From Eledone cirrhosa (taxonomy: Eukaryota), in assembly GCA_964016885.1 (NCBI GenBank), contig OZ024766.1:4154001-4218000 (forward strand): a stretch of DNA of 64,000 bases. The letters are read 5' to 3'. This document shows, one piece after another, positions 11,608 through 24,026 of the stretch. Below the pieces are notes generated by a model. The model searched no databases. It was given only the letters and a program-made list of their open reading frames with translations, and was not told where the DNA came from. How positions within the stretch are numbered: the stretch's first letter is position 1; each line of letters starts with the position of its first letter. Position numbers and translations under genes: made by a program.

Positions 11608-14600
11608 CATTTACATTACTCTATATATACTATTGTATTTTCACAGTAAAGGCTTTACCTCACATAATATCTCACATAACATTTACATTACTCTATATAT
11701 ACTATTGTATTGTCACAGTAAAGGCTTTACCTCACATAATATCTCACATAACATTTACATTACTCTATATATACTATTGTATTGTCACAGTAAAGGCTTT
11801 ACCTCACATAATATCTCACATAACATTTACATTACTCTATATATACTATTGTATTGTCACAGTAAAGGCTTTACCTCACATAATATCTCACATAACATTT
11901 ACATTACTCTATATATACTATTGTATTGTCACAGTAAAGGCTTTACCTCACATAATATCTCACATAACATTTACATTACTCTATATATACTATTGTATTA
12001 TCACAGTAAAGGCTTTACCTCACATAATATCTCACATAACATTTACATTACTCTATATATACTATTGTATTATCACAGTAAAGGCTTTACCTCACATAAT
12101 ATCTCACATAACATTTACATTACTCTATATATACTATTGTATTGTCACAGTAAAGGCTTTACCTCACATAATATCTCACATAACATTTACATTACTCTAT
12201 ATATACTATTGTATTATCACAGTAAAGGCTTTACCTCACATAATATCTCACATAACATTTACATTACTCTATATATACTATTGTATTATCACAGTAAAGG
12301 CTTTACCTCACATAATATCTCACATAACATTTACATTACTCTATATATACTATTGTATTGTCACAGGACAGGCTTTACCTCACATAATATCTCACGTAAC
12401 ATTTACATTACTCTATATATACTATTGTATTGTCACAGTAAAGGCTTTACCTCACATAATATCTCACATAACATTTACATTACTCTATATATACTATTGT
12501 ATTTCACAGTAAAGGCTTTACCTCACATAATATCTCACATAACATTTACATTACTCTATATATACTATTGTATTTTCACAGTAAAGGCTTTACCTCACAT
12601 AATATCTCACATAACATTTACATTACTCTATATATACTATTGTATTTTCACAGTAAAGGCTTTACCTCACATAACATTTACATTACTCTATATATACTAT
12701 TGTATTTTCACAGTAAAGGCTTTACCTCACATAATATCACACACAACATTTACATTACTCTATATATACTATTGTATTTTCACAGTGAAGGCTTTACCTC
12801 ACATAATATCTCACAACATTTACATTACTCTATATATACTATTGTATTTTCACAGTAAAGGCTTTACCTCACATAATATCTCACATAACATTTACATTAC
12901 TCTATATATACTATTGTATTGTCACAGTAAAGGCTTTACCTCACATAATATCTCACATAACATTTACATTACTCTATATATACTATTGTATTGTCACAGT
13001 AAAGGCTTTACCTCACATAATATCTCACATAACATTTACATTACTCTATATATACTATTGTATTGTCACAGTAAAGGCTTTACCTCACATAATATCTCAC
13101 ATAACATTTACATTACTCTATATATACTATTGTATTGTCACAGTAAAGGCTTTACCTCACATAATATCTCACATAACATTTACATTACTCTATATATACT
13201 ATTGTATTATCACAGTAAAGGCTTTACCTCACATAATATCTCACATAACATTTACATTACTCTATATATACTATTGTATTATCACAGTAAAGGCTTTACC
13301 TCACATAATATCTCACATAACATTTACATTACTCTATATATACTATTGTATTGTCACAGTAAAGGCTTTACCTCACATAATATCTCACATAACATTTACA
13401 TTACTCTATATATACTATTGTATTATCACAGTAAAGGCTTTACCTCACATAATATCTCACATAACATTTACATTACTCTATATATACTATTGTATTATCA
13501 CAGTAAAGGCTTTACCTCACATAATATCTCACATAACATTTACATTACTCTATATATACTATTGTATTGTCACAGGACAGGCTTTACCTCACATAATATC
13601 TCACGTAACATTTACATTACTCTATATATACTATTGTATTGTCACAGTAAAGGCTTTACCTCACATAATATCTCACATAACATTTACATTACTCTATATA
13701 TACTATTGTATTTCACAGTAAAGGCTTTACCTCACATAATATCTCACATAACATTTACATTACTCTATATATACTATTGTATTTTCACAGTAAAGGCTTT
13801 ACCTCACATAATATCTCACATAACATTTACATTACTCTATATATACTATTGTATTTTCACAGTAAAGGCTTTACCTCACATAACATTTACATTACTCTAT
13901 ATATACTATTGTATTTTCACAGTAAAGGCTTTACCTCACATAATATCACACACAACATTTACATTACTCTATATATACTATTGTATTTTCACAGTGAAGG
14001 CTTTACCTCACATAATATCTCACAACATTTACATTACTCTATATATACTATTGTATTTTCACAGTAAAGGCTTTACCTCACATAATATCTCACATAACAT
14101 TTACATTACTCTATATATACTATTGTATTGTCACAGTAAAGGCTTTACCTCACATAATATCTCACATAACATTTACATTACTCTATATATACTATTGTAT
14201 TTTCACAGTAAAGGCTTTACCTCACATAACATTTACATTACTCTATATATACTATTGTATTTTCACAGTAAAGGCTTTACCTCACATAACATTTACATTA
14301 CTCTATATATACTATTGTATTTTCACAGTAAAGGCTTTACCTCACATAATATCTCACATAACATTTACATTACTCTATATATACTATTGTATTGTCACAG
14401 TAAAGGCTTTACCTCACATAATATCTCACATAACATTTACATTACTCTATATATACTATTGTATTTTCACAGTAAAGGCTTTACCTCACATAATATCTCA
14501 CATAACATTTACATTACTCTATATATACTATTGTATTTTCACAGTAAAGGCTTTACCTCACATAATATCTCACATAACATTTACATTACTCTATATATAC

Positions 14601-15063
14601 TATTGTATTTTCACAGTAAAGGCTTTACCTCACATAATACCTCACATAACATTTACATTACTCTATATATACTATTGTATTTTCACAGTAAAGGCTTTAC
14701 CTCACATAATATCTCACATAACATTTACATTACTCTATATATACTATTGTATTGTCACAGTAAAGGCTTTACCTCACATAATACCTCACATAACATTTAC
14801 ATTACTCTATATATACTATTGTATTTTCACAGTAAAGGCTTTACCTCACATAATATCTCACATAACATTTACATTACTCTATATATACTATTGTATTTTC
14901 ACAGTAAAGGCTTTACCTCACATAATATCGAATCTATGAGATTTTGATGTTATTTATTTTGAGAACAATACCTTAACATAAGTATGAGGGGACAGTTACA
15001 GGCAATTTGAATAGAAATAGGTGAGAGAATTCTGGAGAAAATCTTAAAATGCTAAAGGATTAA
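11608..15063 (+). repeat. 3.3-kb 72-bp satellite array ending in the MITE 3' body
   Basis: Direct reading; contains a 1209-bp higher-order duplication. Confidence 0.9.
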
Positions 15064-15098
15064 AAAGGTGTGAAAGAAGATGGTTGAGTATGTGTTAC

Positions 15099-15190
15099 CT
15101 GGTGGAAAGATTCTGCCGACACCTCGAAGAAGGTAAACTGGTTCCAGGCCGGGGTAACTGACTTGACAACTTTCATTGGTTGATAAACAT
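15099..15190 (-). CDS. OGFOD1: OGFOD1 exon 6
   Basis: DVYQPMKVVKSVTPAWNQFTFFEVSAESFHQ, containing the distal Fe-binding His. Confidence 0.93.
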
Positions 15191-15349
15191 CTAGTGAGAG
15201 AGAGAGAGAGAGAGAGATAGAGAGATAGACATATACTGTGATAGAGAGAGAGAGAGATGTATAGTGACAGAGAGATATAGAGAGCTAGATATATATTGTA
15301 ACAGACAGAAAGAGAAAGAGATAGAGATCGAGATATATTGTGACAGAGA

Positions 15350-15727
15350 TATCATCATCATCATTTTACATCTGCTTTTCCCTGTTTGCAAGGGTGGGAC
15401 GGGTCCTATTCAGCGCAGAATCTCTCCATTCGTCACAGTCCTTCGTCATCTCCTCGGTGAGCTTCAGCGATCTGAGGTCAGCTCTCACCACTTCCGCCCA
15501 TGATTTTCGTGGTCTTTCTCTACTGCGTCTTCCTTCTACTGGGATTTCTTGGGACTTCTTTACCCAGCGGTCATCCTCCATGCACATCACATGTCCATAC
15601 CACCTCAGTCTTCTCTCCCGCACACTACAACTTATCCCTCTTATACCCAGTTTCTCCCTCAACACATCCATGCTTGGTCGTTCACGCACATTGACATTGC
15701 ACATCCAACGGAGCATGCTTGCTTCAT
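15350..15727 (-). mobile_element. RTE LINE 3' end
   Basis: [31 protein letters not shown]; (GAT)n tail. Confidence 0.85.
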
Positions 15728-15735
15728 GGACTTAC

Positions 15736-15852
15736 CATTGATGGAGAACAGATCCAATGTGCCCCCGTCTGCAGGAGTCCAGGGTGGCACAAGATAAAGG
15801 ATGAAGGCAATACGTCTCCCTTCCAGTTCATCATCGTGGCACAGTAGAACGT
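15736..15852 (-). CDS. OGFOD1: OGFOD1 exon 5 (HxD motif)
   Basis: [39 protein letters not shown], near-identical to OGFOD1/Tpa1. Confidence 0.97.
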
Positions 15853-15994
15853 CTGTAAAACATAGAGAGGAGGGCGGGATGAGATTTAAGGGTCGGTAAA
15901 AGACAGAGAGAGACAGATAAAGGGCTGGGTCTGGTCTGTGTAAGGTAGAGAGTGAAGGGAGAGGTGGGAGGAGATGAGTAAAGGGGGGGGGGGT

Positions 15995-16850
15995 CATCAT
16001 CATCATCACCGTTTTACGCCCGTTCTTCCACGCTAGCATGGGTTAGATGGGTTGTCCTGTTGTGGGCAGTGTCCGGTCGGCTGACCTTGTCTTGCTCATA
16101 CAGGAACTGATTTGGCTTGATTTCTACAGCTGGATGCCCTTCCTAACACCAACCTCATTTACAGTGAGTGCTGGGTGCTTTTTCGTGGCGCCTACACCTC
16201 CACTTTACAGTGTGGGCTGGGTGCTTTTTTGTCATGGCACCTCCATGTCCACTTTACAGTGGGAGGGTGTGGGGGCATATTGTCTATATGCTTCAGGTTC
16301 GGCTTGGTCCCGTGGGGAGTCGGGTCTTCTGTATTACTGCGTGACACCAGAGGTCACTGTCGTGTGTCATCGCCTTTGAGAGGTGTAATTGAGTAAGGTC
16401 GGCTTTTATCACCTTATCCCAGGTCATCTTGGGTCTCCTCACTCCGCGGTTTCCATCGACTTCTAGTGCTCTGCACCTTTTTATGCAGCTGTCATCCTTC
16501 ATACGCATCACATGTCCATACCAGCGCAACCGCCTCTCCTGCACACAGCCTTTGATTCCTCTTACGCTCAGTCTCTCTCTCTCAATTCATTTATACTTTG
16601 CCATTCGCATATATTACTGTTACACATCCATCGGAGCATGCAGGCTTCGTTTCTTTCTAATCTACGCAAGTCTTCCACCTTCAGCGCCCAGGTCTCACTA
16701 CCATGCAACATCGCTGTTCGGATACACGCATCATACAGTCTGCCTTTCATTTTGAGGGAGAAGCCTTTTGCAGCTAGCAGTGGCAGTAGCTCCCTGAACT
16801 TCTTCCATCCCGTTCTTACCCTGGTTACTATTACTGTTACGGTCATCCCT
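15995..16850 (-). mobile_element. RTE LINE fragment followed by SINE-type 3' tail
   Basis: WKKFRELLPLL..KGRLYDACIRTAMLHGSETW..MLRWMC..RRLRWYGHVMRM. Confidence 0.85.
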
Positions 16851-17104
16851 TAAAAAATAGTGTGAATGGGTGGGTCTGGGGGGTGGGGGGCTAAGCAGAG
16901 GGGAAGGGGAGGGAGAGGAGTAAGTAAAGGGGAGAGATGTACAGCGAGGAGGAGAGGAGGGGATGTCTGTGTAAGGTAGAGAGTGAGAAGGGGGTGGGAG
17001 TTGGAGGTGAGCGAGAGAGAGAGCGAGGGTGGTTGAGTGGGTGGTAGTGGATGGTTCTGAGGGTGGTAGTGGATGGTTGTGAGGGTGGTTGAGAGGCTGG
17101 GTAC

Positions 17105-17205
17105 CTGTGTATTCGTAGATGGAGCAGAAGAGATCCACAACGCTGGTTAATTCAATGTTTGTCACTTTTTTCATCCATTCCAGAACATCTGTGTAGAATA
17201 ACTGC
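17105..17205 (-). CDS. OGFOD1: OGFOD1 exon 4
   Basis: QLFYTDVLEWMKKVTNIELTSVVDLFCSIYEYT vs human [32 protein letters not shown]. Confidence 0.9.
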
Positions 17206-17419
17206 CTGAGAAATAGAATATAGACACTTGTTATATATATATATATAGACTTGTTATATATATATATATAGAGAGACTTGTTATATATATATATATAGAG
17301 ACACTTGTTATATATATATATATATATAGACTTGTTATATATATATAGACTTGTTATATATATATATAGAGACACTTGTTATATATATACACTTGTTATA
17401 TATATATAATGGAAACCGC

Positions 17420-17872
17420 TGAGTGGGGAGACCCAAGATGACCTGGGATGAGGTGATAAAAGCCGACCTTACCCAATTACACCTCTCAAAGGCGATGACA
17501 CACGACCGTGACCTCTGGTGTCACGCAGTAATACAGAGTACCCGACCTCCCATGGGTACAAGCTGAAGCATATAGACAATATGCCCCCACACCCTCCCAC
17601 TGCAAGGTGGTCGTGGAGGTGCCACGGCAAAAAAGCACCCAGCCCACACTGTAAAGTGGAGGTGTAGGCGCCACGAAAAAGCACCCAGCACTCACTGTAA
17701 ATGAGGTTGGTGTTAGGAAGGGCATCCAGCTGTAGAAATCAAGCCAGAATCAGTTCCCGTATGAGCAAGGCATGGTCAGCCGACCAGACACTGCCCACAA
17801 CAGGACAACCTGTCTAATCCATGCTAGCGTGGAAGAACTGACATAAAACGGTGATGATGATGATGATGATGA
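17420..17872 (+). mobile_element. RTE/SINE 3' composite; inverted copy of 15995-16437
   Basis: Near-identical ORF-track peptides on opposite strands (16175+ and 17469-). Confidence 0.85.
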
Positions 17873-17884
17873 TATATATAGTCT

Positions 17885-17926
17885 ATCAAAATTCTTTCAT
17901 CACATACCTGTGACATCATCAGTGAT
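17885..17926 (-). ncRNA. Minimal type I hammerhead-like motif
   Basis: AUCA CUGAUGA U GUCAC-AGGUAU-GUGAU GAAA GAAUUU UGAU. Confidence 0.45.
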
Positions 17927-18004
17927 GTTGTTATGTTTCCTCCCGTTGTATTGCTGTAATGTTTTATTTAAATACTATTTGGGACCCAAGAGTATTTACA
18001 TGTT

Positions 18005-18398
18005 CATCATCATCATCATTTTATGTCCGCTTTTCCCTGCTTGCAAGGGTGGGACAGGAACTGATTCTGGCTTGATTTCTACAGCTGGATGCCCTTCCTA
18101 ACACCAACCTCATTTACAGTGAGTGCTGGGTGCTTTTTTGCTGTGGCACCTGCATGACCACTTTACAGTGAGTGCTGGGTGCTGGGTGCTTTTTTACTGT
18201 GGCACCTCCACGACCACTTTACAGTGGAATGATATGGACCCCAGTCCCTATCATCTCATTTCTACAGCTGAGTAAACTGGAGCAATGTGAAATAAAGTGT
18301 CTTGCTCAAGGAAACAACACATCACCTGGTCTTGAATTGAACTCACAACCTTTCGATTGCAAGGCCAATGCTCTAACCACTAAGCCATGTGCCTCCAT
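18005..18398 (-). mobile_element. SINE family 1
   Basis: Full head-to-tail match to 1311-1660. Confidence 0.85.
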
Positions 18399-18488
18399 GT
18401 TATCTATGTAAATAATAGAGAAGAGATGATAGAAGACAGGTGAGACAGTATTTAGTACAAAAGAAGTAGATTAAAGTCTGCAACTCAC

Positions 18489-18535
18489 CTGAAAGCAGTG
18501 ATCTGAGGGCTAGCATGCTGTGCCAGGTCAAAACT
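18489..18535 (-). CDS. OGFOD1: OGFOD1 exon 3 (47 nt)
   Basis: SFDLAQHASPQITAFR vs human SDDLKKRREPHISTLR; tatcag/GTGAGT; phases bridge exons 2 and 4. Confidence 0.85.
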
Positions 18536-18771
18536 CTGATAGAAAGAGAGAGAGAGAAGGTAATGTAGAAAGGTAAAAATGAAACCTGATTAGTTTAGAG
18601 GTGTGATTTCATCATCTGGTGTATCATGACTGACCTAGGGTTAAACGACAACAATTGCAGCAATGATCTACATGGCCACAACAGACCCAGGGTTAAACAA
18701 CAGCATACGCACATACACTCTCAAAAAAAAAAATGAAAAAAAAAAATATATATATATATATACATATATAT

Positions 18772-21002
18772 ATCATCATCATCATCACCATTTTATGTCA
18801 GTTCTTCCACGCTAGCATGGGTTAGACGGGTTGTCCTGTTGTGGGCAGTGTCCGGTCGGCTCACCTTGTCTTGCTCATACAGGAACTGATTCTGGCTTGA
18901 TTTCTACAGCTGGATGCCCTTCTTAACACCAACCTCATTTACAGTGAGTGCTGGGTGCTTTTTCTTTTTCCGTGACGCCTACAAAAAGCACCCAGTCCAC
19001 ACTGTAAAGTGGTCAGGTAGGTGTCACAACAGAAATCTCCCAGTCTACACTGTAAAGTGGTCATGTAGGTGTCATAACAGAAAGCTCCCAGTCTACACTG
19101 TAAAGTTGTCATGTAGGTGTCACGATAGAAAGCTCCCAGTCTACACTGTAAAGTGGTCGTGTAGGTGTCACAACAAAAAGTGCCCAGTCCACACTGTAAA
19201 GTGGTCATGTAGATGTCACGACAGAAATCTCCCAGTCTACACTGTAAAGTGGTCGTGTAGGTGTCACAACAAAAAGTACCCAGTCCACACTGTAAAGTGG
19301 TCATGTAGGTGTCACAACAAAAAGCTCCCAGTCCACACTGTAAAGTGGTCATGTAGGTCTCACAACAGAAATCTCCCAGTCTACACTGTAAAGTGGTCAT
19401 GTAGGTGTCACAACAGAAATCTCCCAGTCCACACTGTAAAGTGGTCATGTAGGTGTCACAACAGAAATCTCCCAGTCTACAATGTAAAGTTGTCATGTAG
19501 GTGTCACGATAGAAAGCTCCCAGTCTACACTGTAAAGTGGTCATGTAGGTGTCATGACAGAAAGCTCCCAGTCCACACTGTAAAGTGGTCAGGTAGGTGT
19601 CACGACAGAAAGCTCCCAGTCCACACTGTAAAGTGGTCATGTAGGTGTCACAACAAAAAGCTCCCAGTCTACACTGTAAAGTGGTCATGTAGGTGTCACA
19701 ACAGAAATCTCCCAGTCTACAATGTAAAGTTGTCATGTAGGTGTCACGATAGAAAGCTCCCAGTCTACACTGTAAAGTGGTCATGTAGGTGTCATGACAG
19801 AAAGCTCCCAGTCCACACTGTAAAGTGGTCAGGTAGGTGTCACGACAGAAAGCTCCCAGTCCACACTGTAAAGTGGTCATGTAGGTGTCACAACAAAAAG
19901 CTCCCAGTCTACACTGTAAAGTGGTCATGTAGGTGTCACAACAGAAAGCTCCCAGTCTTCACTGTAAAGTGGTCATGTAGGTGTCACAACAAAAAGTACC
20001 CAGTCCACACTGTAAATGTGGTCAGGTAGGTGTCACAACAAAAAGCACCCAGTCCACACTGTAAAGTGGTCATGTAGGTGTCACAACAAAAAGCTCCCAG
20101 TCTACACTGTAAAGTGGTCATGTAGGTGTCACAACAAAAAGCACCCAGTCCACACTGTAAAGTGTTCATGTAGGTGTCACAACAAAATACACCCAGTCCA
20201 CACTGTAAAGTGGTCATGTAGGTGTCACAACAAAATACACCCAGTCCACACTGTAAAGTGGTCATGTAGGTGTCACAACAAAAAGCACCCAGTCCACACT
20301 GTAAAGTGGTCATGTAGGTGTCACAACAAAATACACCCAGTCCACACTGTAAAGTGGTCATGTAGGTGTCACAACAAAAAGTACCCAGCCCACACTGTAA
20401 AGTGGTCATGTAGGTGTCACGACAGAAAGCTCCCAGTCCACACTGTAAAGTGGTCATCTAGGTGTCACAACAAAAAGCTCCCAGTCCACACTGTAAAGTG
20501 GTCATGTAGGTGTCACAACAAAAAGTACCCAGTCCACACTGTAAAGTGGTCATGTAGGTGTCACAACAGAAAGCTCCCAGTCTACACTGTAAAGTGGTCA
20601 TGTAGGTGTCATGACAAAAAGCTCCCAGTCCACACTGTAAAGTGGTCATGTAGGTGTCACAACAGAAAGCTCCCAGTCTACACTGTAAAGTGGTCATGTA
20701 GGTGTCATGACAAAAAGCTCCCAGTCCACACTGTAAAGTGGTCATGTAGGTGTCACAACAGAAAGCTCCCAGTCTACACTGTAAAGTGGTCATGTAGGTG
20801 TCACAACAAAAAGCTCCCAGTCCACACTGTAAATGTGGTTGGTGTTAGGAAGGGCATCCAGCCGTAGAAAGCCTGCCAGACAGACCTATACAAGCGAGAC
20901 ACAGTCACCCGACCAATCTTGCCTCAAGTGGGACAAAACCGTCTAACCCATGCTAGCGTGGAAGATAGACGTTAAACGATGATGATGATGATGATGATGA
21001 TG
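18772..21002. repeat. 48-bp SINE-derived tandem array (about 18985-20830) between opposed SINE 3' parts
   Basis: Unit cccagtc(c/t)acactgtaaagtggtcatgtaggtgtcacaacaaaaagct. Confidence 0.9.
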
Positions 21003-21016
21003 TGTCACTAGATTAC

Positions 21017-21180
21017 CTGATGAAAGTTGTACAGATCATTGTTTTTCTCATTGAAAGTAACTTCCTGCAGCTCCCCCTGGAGGGTGTCCAGGCAGTGATC
21101 TTCTGTAATAAAGTCTGGTAACACACAGTGAACGAATGGACTGGGGCTGACAAGGTTATCACATGGAGACGGACGGCTGA
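21017..21180 (-). CDS. OGFOD1: OGFOD1 exon 2
   Basis: SPFVHCVLPDFI..LQEVTFNEKNNDLYNFHQ, the OGFOD1 N-terminal motif; ttccag/GTAATC. Confidence 0.93.
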
Positions 21181-21244
21181 CTGGAAATAGAGAGAAGACT
21201 GAGCTGGTATGGACATGTGATGTGTGTGGAGGGTGGAGGAGAGG

Positions 21245-21515
21245 CTTCCCTGCAGGGTTTACCGGCTGCATAGACAGATACAGACAGCAGAAGGGGCTGG
21301 TGAAACGCTGTAGCGATGTGTGTGGCGTCCCTGCAGGGTTTACCGGCTATATAGACAGATACAGACAGCAGAAGGGGCTGGTGAAACGCTATAGCGATGT
21401 GTGTGGCTTCCCTGCAGGGTTTACCGGCTACATAGACAAATACAGACAGCAGAAGGGGCTGGTGAAACGCTACAGCGATGTGTGTGGCGTCCCTTTAGGG
21501 TTTACCGGCTACATA
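21245..21515. repeat. 81-bp tandem repeat x3.3 in OGFOD1 intron 1
   Basis: ctgcagggtttaccggct recurs at 21250, 21331 and 21412. Confidence 0.9.
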
Positions 21516-21579
21516 GCCTATTCGTATATATATATATATATATAAACTTAGACAAATAAAATCAAATAAATATACTAAC

Positions 21580-21886
21580 CGGAATGTTTCGTGGATCTGT
21601 TGGTGTTGGTGATTCGAGGATCTTGTTGTAGTGTAGGACCTGTTGGGGTACTGGCTCCATTAAATTCACGTCCGACACGCTCGATCATGTCTTCCTGCGT
21701 GTAACGAGGGTTGATGGAGAGGCGATGGCTGCCATCAACGCCACCACATCCCTTCTTCCTCTTCTTATTGCTGCTGGTGCTGTTGTTGTTGTTGTTGTTG
21801 TTGTTACTGTTGTTGCTACATTCTTTCGTCTGATCGTCAGAGAAATCTGCCAAGTTCCGTTTGGGCCTCGCCTCTTCTGAAGACAT
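21580..21886 (-). CDS. OGFOD1: OGFOD1 exon 1 (start codon, poly-Asn, KKRKK NLS-like motif)
   Basis: MSSEEARPKR...; donor GTTAGT; phase 1 joins exon 2 in frame. N-terminus poorly conserved, so the start is less certain. Confidence 0.75.
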
Positions 21887-21891
21887 GATCG

Positions 21892-21952
<61 letters not shown>

Positions 21953-21955
21953 TCG

Positions 21956-21990
<35 letters not shown>

Positions 21991-22465
21991 TGGTACTTAA
22001 ACGATAGTTATAGCTCTGGTTTATCCAAACTATTGAGCCCTTTGCCACACATTTCGAAGATTGTGTTTCGTTATTTCGTGGGCCGAAATTCCGATTCTCG
22101 ATAATTTATTTGTATATATTTGTAAATATTTGTATATATTTGTATATATTTGAATATATTTGTATATATATATATACTTGGGGAGGGTCATGTATATATA
22201 TATATATATATAAAGTTAAAATAATGAAATAAAAAATCAAGTCATTAGAGATATACTTCACTGCTTTACGATCGTTTCTTCATACAGAATAGACCCCACA
22301 ACTTACAGTGGGTACCTCTGTGTGTATAAATAAATATATATATATATATATATTTATATATACACGTGTACTATGGTTCGGTAATTTGTTGTGGAACTAA
22401 CTCATATGTATATATACAGCATATCTTCCAGTCCGGCCTTCTGTTGCCTTTTTATAAATATATAT

Positions 22466-22502
<37 letters not shown>

Positions 22503-22675
22503 AATATATATATATATTTAATATAGAAATGGCTTCTACAGGACTAGAACTGTTTCATTCGGGCGAAATCATTGGTTACCCCCGATTGAACCCGGGATAA
22601 ACTTATATATATATATATACATTAGTGTGTGTGTGTTAGTGTAACTAGTTAGCGAAAGAGACAAGGCGATACGAT

Positions 22676-22677
22676 AG

Positions 22678-22714
<37 letters not shown>

Positions 22715-22789
22715 ATATATATGTGTGTATAAATATGTGTGTGTGTGTATATATATATGCGTGTGTGTATATATATATATGTGCGTGTC

Positions 22790-22856
<67 letters not shown>

Positions 22857-22932
22857 ATATATATGTGTGTGTGTGTATATATATATATGTGTGTGCGTGT
22901 GTGTATATATATGTGTATATATATATATGTGC

Positions 22933-23002
<70 letters not shown>

Positions 23003-23158
23003 GTGCGTGTATATATATATGTGTGTGTGTATATATATATGTGTGTGCGTGTGTGTGTATATATATATGTGCGTGTATATATATATATGTGTGTGCGTGT
23101 GTGTATATATATGTGTATATATATATATGTGTGTGTTTCTATATATGTGTATATATAG
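22676..23158. repeat. (TA)n/(TG)n microsatellite
   Basis: Direct reading. Confidence 0.95.
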
Positions 23159-23469
23159 GTCTAAGGTGTGTTGGGTTAAGACAGGGATAGGCCCCACATG
23201 TTCTCAACTTTATGAATGGAAATATAGACACCTCCGTAGTTTCGTACACAAACTACGCCTCACCTGGGACTAAAGAAAAGTTATTTATTTTATATATATT
23301 ACTATTATTTATCATCTTAAAATAGATTTATCATCTTAAAATAGATTTATCATCTTAAAATAGATTTATTAGCTTAAACAATGTAATTCTGTATATATTA
23401 TGGCTGAAAATAGGGAGAAAATAATCGGGTGAACACGAAAAAAACACCGACATTTATTTTTGTTTACAT

Positions 23470-24026
23470 CTTTAGTTGTCACGTCAGCCACCAGAGGTCA
23501 CTACATGTATTTTAGTGTAAGTTGTCCTATAACAGGTTATCATCGATGCTAGAAATAACAACCAAATCGTATGAAATGATGGTTTATGATAGAGTTACCT
23601 TCCTTGAATATATGTTTAGGTGTCAAGTCAGCCACCAGAGGGCACTACATGTATTTTATTATAAGTTGTCCTATAACAGGTTATTATCGATGCTAGAAAT
23701 AAGAACTATATCGTATGAAATGATGGTTTATGATAGAGTTACCTTCCTTGAATATATGTTTAGGTGTCAAGTCAGCCACCAGAGGTTACTACATGTATTT
23801 TATTGTCAGTTGTCCTATAACAGGTTATAATCGATGCTAGAAATAACAACAAAATCGTATGAAATGACGGTTTATGATAGAGTTACCTTCCTTGAATATA
23901 TGTTTAGGTGTCAAGTCAGCCACCAGAGGGCACTACATGTATTTTATTGTCAGTTGTCCTATAACAGGTTACTATCGATGCTAGAAATAATAACCGAATC
24001 GTATGAAATGATGGTTTATGATAGAG
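23470..24026. repeat. 144-bp tandem repeat, about 3.8 copies
   Basis: cagccaccagag at 23485, 23629 and onward at 144-bp spacing. Confidence 0.9.

Noticed and set aside
11498-14947. 1149-aa ORF and similar HNIYITLY/ALPHIISH ORFs
   Set aside because: Stop-free frames of a 72-bp satellite, antisense within OGFOD1 introns; not genes.
18914-20867. Cys/His-rich ORFs resembling metal-binding repeats
   Set aside because: Translation of the 48-bp SINE-derived array.
21812-21843. Minus-strand CUGACGA..GAAA..GUA in OGFOD1 exon 1
   Set aside because: No stem I or stem II; explained by codons SDDQTKEC.
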